A stretch of DNA of 64,000 nucleotides, taken from positions 64,001 to 128,000 of the forward strand of contig JBJBCN010000003.1 in NCBI GenBank assembly GCA_047285805.1, written 5' to 3'. A program made the position numbers and the translations under genes. Below are positions 52,228-64,000 of the stretch, in pieces; position 1 is the first letter of the stretch, and every line of letters begins with the position of its first letter. The notes below the pieces were generated by a model. It was not told the DNA's origin and made no database searches. It saw only the letters and a list, made by a program, of their open reading frames with translations. Source of the stretch: Synechococcus sp. GTDB lineage: Bacteria; Cyanobacteriota; Cyanobacteriia; PCC-6307; Cyanobiaceae.

Positions 52228-53403
52228 GTGGCCAAGGTCGGCGTTGTGTTGCTGAACCTCGGCGGCCCTGAACGCATCCAGGACGTCGGCCCCTTCCTTT
52301 ACAACCTCTTCGCGGACCCGGAGATCATCCGGCTCCCTAATCCAGCACTCCAAAAACCCCTCGCCTGGCTCATCAGCAGCCTGCGGTCCGGCAAATCACA
52401 GGCCGCCTATCGTTCCATCGGCGGTGGCTCCCCGTTGCGGCGCATCACCGAGCAGCAGGCACGGGAACTGCAGAGCACCCTGCGCCAGCGCGGCATCGAG
52501 GCCACCAGCTACGTGGCCATGCGCTACTGGCACCCCTTCACGGAATCCGCCGTCGCCGACATCAAGGCCGACGGCATTGATGAAGTGGTCGTCCTTCCTC
52601 TCTATCCCCACTTCTCCATCAGCACCAGCGGCTCCAGCTTCCGCGAACTGCAACGCCTACGCCAGGGCGATCCCTCCTTCTCCAATCTCCCCATCCGCTG
52701 CATCCGCAGCTACTACAACGACCCCGGTTACATCGGCGCCATGGCCGAACTGATCGGCAAAGAGATACGGGCCTGCCCCAACCCCGCTGACGCCCACGTC
52801 TTCTTCTCCGCCCACGGCGTCCCCAAGAGCTACGTCGAGGAAGCCGGTGACCCCTATCAAAAGGAAATCGAAACCTGCTCCCAGCTGATCATGGACAAGC
52901 TGGCCACCGATCTCGGCCACGCCAATCCATTCACCCTGGCCTACCAAAGCCGTGTCGGCCCGGTCGAGTGGCTCAAGCCCTACACCGATGAAGCACTCAA
53001 TGAGCTCGGTGAATCCGGCGTCAAGGACCTCGTCGTCGTCCCCATCAGCTTTGTCAGCGAGCACATCGAAACCCTCGAGGAAATCGATATCGAGTACCGC
53101 GAGATCGCAACGGAAGCCGGCATCACCAACTTCCGCCGCGTACCCGCACTCGACACCACCCCCTCCTTTATTGATGGTCTGGCCAACCTCGTCCAACACG
53201 CCCTAGAAGGACCCGAGGTCAACCTCGATCAAGCCGCCGCTCTACCCACCAAGGTCAAGCTCTATCCCCAGGACAAGTGGGCCTGGGGTTGGAACAACAG
53301 CTCTGAGGTCTGGAACGGGCGCTTGGCCATGCTCGGCTTCTCTGCTTTCCTCCTTGAACTCCTAAGCGGACGCGGGCCGCTTCATGCCATCGGGCTCCTC
53401 TAA
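52228..53403 (+). CDS. hemH: Ferrochelatase with C-terminal CAB/HLIP-like domain
   Basis: [51 protein letters not shown] motif. Confidence 0.97.
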   Translation: MAKVGVVLLNLGGPERIQDVGPFLYNLFADPEIIRLPNPALQKPLAWLISSLRSGKSQAAYRSIGGGSPLRRITEQQARELQSTLRQRGIEATSYVAMRYWHPFTESAVADIKADGIDEVVVLPLYPHFSISTSGSSFRELQRLRQGDPSFSNLPIRCIRSYYNDPGYIGAMAELIGKEIRACPNPADAHVFFSAHGVPKSYVEEAGDPYQKEIETCSQLIMDKLATDLGHANPFTLAYQSRVGPVEWLKPYTDEALNELGESGVKDLVVVPISFVSEHIETLEEIDIEYREIATEAGITNFRRVPALDTTPSFIDGLANLVQHALEGPEVNLDQAAALPTKVKLYPQDKWAWGWNNSSEVWNGRLAMLGFSAFLLELLSGRGPLHAIGLL

Positions 53404-53414
53404 GTCTTCTGAGT

Positions 53415-55503
<2,089 letters not shown>

Positions 55504-55719
55504 CTAACCACCTAGCAAAGCGTCTCTATGGATGAGTAGTTGTTCAAGAACTTCACCTAGTCGCTGTAGTTCAGGGTGCTCTGAAACGGTGGCATCGATA
55601 CGTTTTTGAGGTAGCTTAAGCTTTCTCCCCATGCTTACTACGTCCTGGTGAAGACGGTCCCGATAAGCTATTAGCTCATCGATTGAGTGCTGGAGTTCTT
55701 CAAGAGTTGGTGCGGACAT
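55504..55719 (-). CDS. Conserved PBS-region protein (unk12-like)
   Basis: IDELIAYRDRL...KLKLPQK...HPEL; lies between cpeB and cpeU. Confidence 0.7.
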   Translation of the reverse strand: MSAPTLEELQHSIDELIAYRDRLHQDVVSMGRKLKLPQKRIDATVSEHPELQRLGEVLEQLLIHRDALLGG

Positions 55720-56003
55720 AAAAACAAAAAACTAAGTCGATGATACCCCTGCAGATCTCGCAAGAGGGTGGTGTGAGGCAAGGTTCAGTAACAAAGGGGA
55801 GGGCACCTGTAGAGGAAGAACAGGAGCACGAAGTTCCTCGAGATGAGCTGCAGCAGAATGGGTCTCGCAATCACGGAGGGGGTCACAGCATGGTTTTCAG
55901 GTGACGAAGCGTTGCGTTAGGCAACCACTTGTGCCAGGCAGCCTCACAACAGGGTTACGGTTCAAAAGCGCTTCAAGCAGCCGAGGCCGACAACGACTCC
56001 TAG

Positions 56004-57182
<1,179 letters not shown>

Positions 57183-57224
57183 GTTTTGACCCGAAAGGGT
57201 AGAGATATTGAGAGTCAGTTCTGC

Positions 57225-57252
57225 AAGGGAGGGGGTAATACCCCTCCTTTTT
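57225..57252 (+). terminator. Terminator after cpeBA
   Basis: GGAGGGG...CCCCTCC stem followed by a T run. Confidence 0.75.
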
Positions 57253-57330
57253 GTTGAAAAGACATGGCCGCAAAGGCAACTCCCCTATGATGGGCAGATG
57301 TAAAGTCCTCAAACGAAGTCTCGAAGACGA

Positions 57331-57942
57331 ATGCGTGATCTAATGCAAGACAGACCAGACATTGACTCTCTCTTTAAGGATCTTGAGCATCCCAATCCAC
57401 ACATACAGAGTAGGGCTTATCTGGATATGGTGGAGTACTGGCCAGAAGAATCAAAACCTAGGCTACTTAACTTACTTGACGATCCGAACGTTTCTGTCAG
57501 AAGAGCAGCCGTAAGGGGACTGGGTGCATTTGGCAGTGAAGTGATTGCTGCAATTGCAGAGAAGTTCAAAGCAAGTTGCGATGGAACAGTGCGTGCAAGC
57601 TGTGTCAAAGCATATGCTCAGATTGCTTCGAATTTCCCAGAGAATGAGTTCGAAGAAAGTGGGATGAAGACACTCCGTGAAGCGCTGAGGGATGAGTCTC
57701 CAGTTGTATCCCAGTCAGCAGTGATGGCGCTTGGGCAGGTCGGACTACAAGCATTAGATGATCTGGTAGCAGTTTTGAACGGACCAAATATTGCCCATAT
57801 CCAGTCTGCCGCAATGGCACTAGCAGAAATAGACTCTCCTAAAGCATTACAAGCATTAGAAGACAAACTAAACGAAGACAACACAGATGAACTCGTTAAA
57901 GAGATGGTTCAGTCCTCACTGGAAAGAGCTAAAAGCATCTGA
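57331..57942 (+). CDS. cpeZ: PE chaperone-like protein CpeZ
   Basis: DLEHPNP, TVRASCVKA, PVVSQSAVMALGQ HEAT repeats. Confidence 0.85.
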   Translation: MRDLMQDRPDIDSLFKDLEHPNPHIQSRAYLDMVEYWPEESKPRLLNLLDDPNVSVRRAAVRGLGAFGSEVIAAIAEKFKASCDGTVRASCVKAYAQIASNFPENEFEESGMKTLREALRDESPVVSQSAVMALGQVGLQALDDLVAVLNGPNIAHIQSAAMALAEIDSPKALQALEDKLNEDNTDELVKEMVQSSLERAKSI

Positions 57943-57963
57943 AAAGGAAGATTAGATAAGATT

Positions 57964-58860
57964 TTAACAGTCCTTTTGAAGCTGGGATATCGCGAGGCTA
58001 ATAATATTGGAGACATTAACATCAGATTCAGTCTTGAGTGCCATGTTGAGGGATTTCAAGGCATTAATGTCCCCAAGCTTCATCATGGAGAGGGCGGTAT
58101 TTTTTCGGACCTGAGATGAAGGGTCGAGGAGAAGAGGCTCAAGATTCGGCAAAAGCCAGGAACCCTCATGAAGTTTGCCAAGAAGAGTTGCGGCTTCCGC
58201 TCGAACTTCTTCGTTTGCATCAGAAAGAGCAGTTAGAACAAGTTCACGGGCTTCAATGTCATCTTGGGATTGAATCTGGTCACCTAGGGCAGATATCGCA
58301 GCAGTACGTATAAGTGCGTTGGGATCAGTCGCCGCGGCTTTAAGTGCTTCTGGTGCACGGGCTCCGACGAAGGATAGTCCCCAGGAAGCCAGGCCACTCT
58401 GCATGGGGGAACTACATGGATCGACAATGATCTGCAAAAGGCCTGCTACAGCAGGAGAACCAATTGATGCCATGGCGCCTACTGCGGAGCCCTGAACTAC
58501 GGGGTCGTCGTCATTAATAAGTGCTTGCAATAGGCTTGGGAGGGCAGTCTCAGAGGAAATAAGTGTAAGTGTTTTAGCAGCGGCTCTACGAACAGTGACA
58601 TTGTTATGTGTACACATCGCCTGACACAATGCGGGGACAGCCTCTATTCCAATAGTGCCTAGACTTTCAGCAAATGTGAGTCTAAGCAAACCACGAGGGT
58701 CTCCCAGACCTGCGACCATCTTCTCAATTGCCGCCTTGTCAGACTGAGGTGACTGCCCAGAACGTAAAAGAGTCTTGAGTTCGGTGGCAAGGTTGGTAGC
58801 CTCCTCCTCTGTGAGGGAAAGGCTATCGAGATTGCCACTAGTCAAAGGTGAGGGGTTCAC
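57964..58860 (-). CDS. cpeF: E/F-clan PE lyase CpeF (or paralog MpeV)
   Basis: MVAGLGDPRGLLRLTFAESLG, NVTVRRAAAKTLTLI, DPVVQGS; CpeF versus MpeV not resolved by eye. Confidence 0.75.
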   Translation of the reverse strand: MNPSPLTSGNLDSLSLTEEEATNLATELKTLLRSGQSPQSDKAAIEKMVAGLGDPRGLLRLTFAESLGTIGIEAVPALCQAMCTHNNVTVRRAAAKTLTLISSETALPSLLQALINDDDPVVQGSAVGAMASIGSPAVAGLLQIIVDPCSSPMQSGLASWGLSFVGARAPEALKAAATDPNALIRTAAISALGDQIQSQDDIEARELVLTALSDANEEVRAEAATLLGKLHEGSWLLPNLEPLLLDPSSQVRKNTALSMMKLGDINALKSLNMALKTESDVNVSNIISLAISQLQKDC

Positions 58861-59356
58861 GGGGAACTAAATGAAGAAATCGTCAGAGAGTGGACGGGAA
58901 CTTTCGCAAAGAGTGTCGAGATGGTTGGATATTAAAGCTCTTATTATCACACAAGCTGGACCTTAAGAATCCAGAGGTGTCAGTAATGTATTTATACTGC
59001 CAGGGAAAAGGTGAAATCGATTAGGGAGTTATTTTCACCAAGAATGCTGAGTCGATTGTTAAGTGAAAAAGTCGATAATTAACCGGGCAAACAGACATAT
59101 CAACTGGTAGTAGCTGGAGTTAAGGCTTGAAGGTCCGAATAAGTTATGGGTTGGAAAATAACATGAACGAATTTACCAGGGAAGGAGGAAGAATAAGGAG
59201 GGGGATTTGAGGTTACTGTCAGCAAATGCGCATGGGATATTGAGCTTATTGAGAGATAGCACTTAACACAAAGATCTTGTTGAATTAGACTGGTAGAACT
59301 TATAAAGCTGAAAGAGACCGATAGCGTTTCTAGTAGTTTCGTTCGAAATTAATGAT

Positions 59357-59683
59357 TTATTTTTTGGAGCGTCTGGCAGATGCCTTCTTTGCTTCTGGTT
59401 TGGCCGCAGTCTTGGTGGCACGACGAGCGGATGGCTTCTTTTTAGGAGCTACTTCTTGGAAAGTACTAGGCTGAGAAGAGGTGAGAGCTGGTCCACAATA
59501 GGTAGAATCAAAGGTGACGGATGAAACAGCTATTCCTCGGATATGCATGGAGTGCATCGTTCGAGAAAGATGCTGTAGGGGAATACGAATGTTTCGAGGG
59601 GTTGAGGGCCTGGTACCCAACTCAACACCGCAGGATATAGATACAGAGGAGCTGAGGAATGGTCCCATGATCCAAGTGGACAT
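59357..59683 (-). CDS. Conserved PBS-region protein (unk11-like; CpcD-like N-terminus, Lys/Ala-rich tail)
   Basis: MGPF...IPLQHLSRTMHSMHIRGIAVSSVT; divergent from cpeY. Confidence 0.6.
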   Translation of the reverse strand: MSTWIMGPFLSSSVSISCGVELGTRPSTPRNIRIPLQHLSRTMHSMHIRGIAVSSVTFDSTYCGPALTSSQPSTFQEVAPKKKPSARRATKTAAKPEAKKASARRSKK

Positions 59684-59800
59684 TATTCATTGCAATGATG
59701 CCTTGAACATAAGGAAATGCAAGGACAAGGAAACATAACGTACCAAGAGGAACACGCGGCGTGTGATCTGTTGTTAAGATAGAATGGTATTCGACAGATC

Positions 59801-61117
59801 ATGAGCAAGATATACGACAACATCCACCAAGGGCTCAGCAAAGATGAGGCAATCAATATACTAAAGACTCCTAGCAAAGAACTCGGATCTCAGAGTGATG
59901 CGTATATGGCGGCGGCACATTTAATTAATTTCCCTGGAGATGACACAAAGAAAGCTCTTCTAGACCTAATAAGAAGTAAAGAAGATAGTCAAGCGAAGAA
60001 CATAGCCAGAAGAAAAGCCGTCGAAGTCATAGGGCGACTTGGACATAAAGATCTAATCGATGATATAGGCCGATGCCTTGTAAGCAATGATACATATCTG
60101 GTTGAGAACGCTGCAATTGCGCTTGGCGAGCTGGGCTGCACCAATATGGCTTGGATTGATCTAATTATTCAAATGTTAGAAAACGGAGAAAAGTCGAACA
60201 CAAGGGCATTAATCCAAACTCTCTCGAGGCTGAAGGTAGTGAAAGCACTACCAGCCATCTCAGCTCACCTTCAATCGGAAGCAGCCTCTACCAGAGGCGC
60301 GGCCGCAAGTGCATGCATAGCTCTCGGAGGAGAAGATGACAGGATCACAATTTTAGAAGAGAATCTATTTTCACAAAATCAAATGGACAGGCATTGTGCC
60401 ATTCAGGACATTATTGACGCGAATGTTTCATCTCTAGCGAAAAGAATACTCAAGGCTCCCGTGTCTCCGATATTCAGGATGCGAGCATTAAGGAAACTGA
60501 AGACAGGGACCACCAAGGATATGACGACGAAGGAGCTCTTAATGGACATTGACAGTTTAATAGTTGACGACCCTAACAACATAGAGATAGTCCATAGATA
60601 CGATGGCCGTCCAACCAATGAATTCCTTGTTCAAGAGTTTTTTGGTACGGACTTTAGTCGCGGCTACTTATCAATGAAGACTCTTCTGGAAACGGATATG
60701 GATAGCTATGTAGATACATTGGAGAAAAGATGGCTTGGGGAAGCAGACAATGACTATGGGGCCAATTATTTCATAATGCGCCTGATAAGTCTTGCTGACA
60801 AATGGCCAGAGACCAAGGTTGCATGGCTAGAGAAAATCACATCAAAAGCAATTCATAACTTAAGACCACAGTTCTCTAAGTCAAGAGCACCAGCGATACT
60901 TGCAAGGAGAAATAGAGAATGGATTGAGAGATTAGAGGAATTAGGAGATATCACAGATTCAACTAAGACAGGCGCATGGGAATGTAGATATGCAGGTATA
61001 CTTGTCGCTCAAAGGTTGGGACAAACAACAGGTATCAAGGAGATCTTATTGAATGCGACAACGGACAAAGATCCATGGGTCGCAAAGAGAGCGAAGTTGA
61101 TCCTTGATGAAAGATAA
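59801..61117 (+). CDS. cpeY: PEB lyase CpeY
   Basis: YMAAAHLINFPG, ARRKAVEVIGRL, DNDYGANYF, RPQFSKSR. Confidence 0.9.
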   Translation: MSKIYDNIHQGLSKDEAINILKTPSKELGSQSDAYMAAAHLINFPGDDTKKALLDLIRSKEDSQAKNIARRKAVEVIGRLGHKDLIDDIGRCLVSNDTYLVENAAIALGELGCTNMAWIDLIIQMLENGEKSNTRALIQTLSRLKVVKALPAISAHLQSEAASTRGAAASACIALGGEDDRITILEENLFSQNQMDRHCAIQDIIDANVSSLAKRILKAPVSPIFRMRALRKLKTGTTKDMTTKELLMDIDSLIVDDPNNIEIVHRYDGRPTNEFLVQEFFGTDFSRGYLSMKTLLETDMDSYVDTLEKRWLGEADNDYGANYFIMRLISLADKWPETKVAWLEKITSKAIHNLRPQFSKSRAPAILARRNREWIERLEELGDITDSTKTGAWECRYAGILVAQRLGQTTGIKEILLNATTDKDPWVAKRAKLILDER

Positions 61118-61143
61118 AAAAAAGGGCGGCTTTCGCCGCCCTT
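61116..61143. terminator. Terminator between convergent cpeY and mpeA
   Basis: AAGGGCGGC-TTTC-GCCGCCCTT with a flanking A run. Confidence 0.8.
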
Positions 61144-61176
61144 GTAATTGGTGTTCAGCAATCGCAAGAGTGCTGA

Positions 61177-61707
<531 letters not shown>

Positions 61708-61717
61708 TCAGAGGTAC

Positions 61718-62299
<582 letters not shown>

Positions 62300-62414
62300 T
62301 CACGGACGAACCGTAAAACGATTGGTCGTCAGGGGATTTTTTCCTGCGGCTATCTCAATAGAAATTTGCATGAGAGATCCTTTAGAAAAGGCTAAGGGGC
62401 CGTTTGATGGCGCA

Positions 62415-63604
62415 GATCCAAGTCCCTGAGTACGATTTGAAGATTCGAGGCAAGAGGCTGCCAAGGTGGCGAGTCATCTAACGCCTTGAGAGGGCACCCT
62501 GTCACGAAGGATCAAAGCGTGGCAGGACCAGGTAGCAACGACTCTCGATCTCGCATCCTGGGGGCCCTCTGCGTCCAGTGGCTCAATAAGGAGGGCGGAA
62601 GTTGGTGGAGGTGAAGGCGTCCAACGATGAGGGTTAGGAGGTAGTGAACCCCATAGTCCGAGCCCAACTTTGCCTTGATGGCAGAGATCAGAGAGAGTTG
62701 GTCGGGGAGTGGAAGCTCCGTTAATGCAAGGGCTCCCGAGGATTGGTGAACCACATCACGATGTTGGAGTGCGCGGGAAATCTCGGTCTCTGTCGACGAG
62801 ACGGCCTGCAAAGGGTCCTTGCTCTGGATGAGTGGGTCGTCCTCAAGAATTGCCTGAAGAAGACAAGTGGTTTCTCTGTCGGAGAGGTCAGGAGATACGG
62901 CAACGATCTGAAAAGCGCTTTTGGACCGAAGTGGCATCGGCACCGCAAAGGAAACAAAAATGGACAATGCACGTATGTCACCAGTGGATACACAGTCGAG
63001 TACCGCAGCTCAACGGTGGCCCGGGGTTGAAGAACCAAGTAGCTAGGCAAAAAGGCAAGGCTAGATCGCCTGTCAGAGTTTTTTTAGTGAATAGGCGTGT
63101 GCTGCCCAAGCCACCAAGAGGTTCGAATGACTAACACGTTGGCTTATGATGCATGTGGAATCTTGGAAATCCATCAGGGTAAATGGCTGTAACACAGCTA
63201 TTTACTGGTTGTCAGGGCCTAAAGCAACCTTAATCAAAGCCGCGAGTTCGGAACGACTTAATATCGGTTGTATGCAAGCGAGAGCATCAACTGCATTAAC
63301 AACTGAAAGTTCATTATCACCTAAAAGGACATCAATAAGTGTCGGTAAAGATTCGGTTGACTTCCTAAGACCTAAGGCCTCTATCGGTTTGCGTTTAGTA
63401 ATCTTATGAATCAAGTTATCTAGCTTCGTGGAAACCATTAGCATTAATAGCGACCAGAGCTTCGGAGGAAGAAGCAGCGCCAAGCCTGGAAGCAGCAAAA
63501 TAATAAGTACCAGGGTTCGGTAGTTCTGCAGGCTCCGTGCGAAGAATGTCGACGGCGTCTGTCTCGCTACGACCAGGCGATAGCGAATCGAAACGCTCAG
63601 ACAC
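62415..63604 (-). pseudogene. mpeY: Degraded MpeY-family (MpeY/W/Q/Z) PE-II lyase
   Basis: Collinear MpeY-like segments (MSERFD..., ITKRKPIEALG, PMPLRSKSAF, LQHRD, SDYGVHY, PQDARSRVVATWSC) broken by about three frameshifts and five in-frame stops. Confidence 0.85.
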
Positions 63605-63720
63605 TGGGAAACTAAGCTAGAAAAAGATAAAACTCATCTGACACAAGCTGGTTGCGGGAGGAAAGCGATAGACACAGAGGCATACAATTAGGCTAGAATA
63701 CCCTTAACAGCTTCAAGAAG

Positions 63721-64000
63721 ATGAAATCCGACGGCACAGAAGCGAGGTCTGAGCTGATGCTTTTTCTGGAACGCAACCTTGATAGCGGGGCTTTACATGA
63801 AGTACAGGAACAAAAAGAACTAGACAGACTGGTGGAGAGCGTTAGCGCTGATATTGCCAGTGCACTGATACCACTAGAACAAGCGACAAGGACACCAAAG
63901 ATTCTTTTGGAATCAGGGATTTCAAAAAGTGGGATAAAGTGGAGGCTAGTAAAATGCCCAGGAGGTCCGGTCGTCATGCAATTAGTTTGCGACCGAGCCA
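63721..64000 (+). CDS. Conserved PE-II region protein (unk7/unk8-like), runs off window end
   Basis: Open frame from ATG 63721: ...ALIPLEQATRTPKILLESG...WRLVKCPGGPVVMQLVC; divergent from mpeY as in PE-II clusters. Confidence 0.65.
   Translation, partial: MKSDGTEARSELMLFLERNLDSGALHEVQEQKELDRLVESVSADIASALIPLEQATRTPKILLESGISKSGIKWRLVKCPGGPVVMQLVCDRA

Noticed and set aside
53270..53403. CAB/HLIP motif on ferrochelatase
   Set aside because: Established feature of cyanobacterial and plant type-2 ferrochelatases
62512..63409. Short ORFs 62512-62967, 62743-63030, 62832-63134 and 63146-63409 as new genes
   Set aside because: Explained as fragments or antisense shadows of the mpeY pseudogene

Overview
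Picocyanobacterial (Synechococcus/Cyanobium) chromosome. Bases 1-47.6 kb are GC-rich core genome: the rplC-to-rpsE ribosomal protein operon (minus strand), ndhN, ldpA, recA with a LexA box, tyrA, crtD, a JAB-MoeB pair, cobO, larE, speD, recF, ppc, gshA, trpE, psaD, rodA, hemF, purM, rlpA, panC-cmk and three tRNAs (Gln-UUG, Arg-CCG, Cys-GCA). From about 47.6 kb to the end is a lower-GC phycobilisome rod region: a PE-II-type linker, ptpA, rpcFEAB, an inserted high-GC hemH, pebBA, cpeU, cpeBA, cpeZ, cpeF/mpeV, unk11, cpeY and mpeAB. The most notable observation is an intact phycoerythrin-II operon (mpeBA) next to a full-length but heavily pseudogenised mpeY-family lyase, with no mpeC or mpeU and with hemH where rpcT usually sits, in a host that looks like subcluster 5.2. 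This may be an unusual or transitional pigment type. No CRISPR array, integrase or IS element was seen. Homology calls come from recognising protein motifs by eye, not from database searches.
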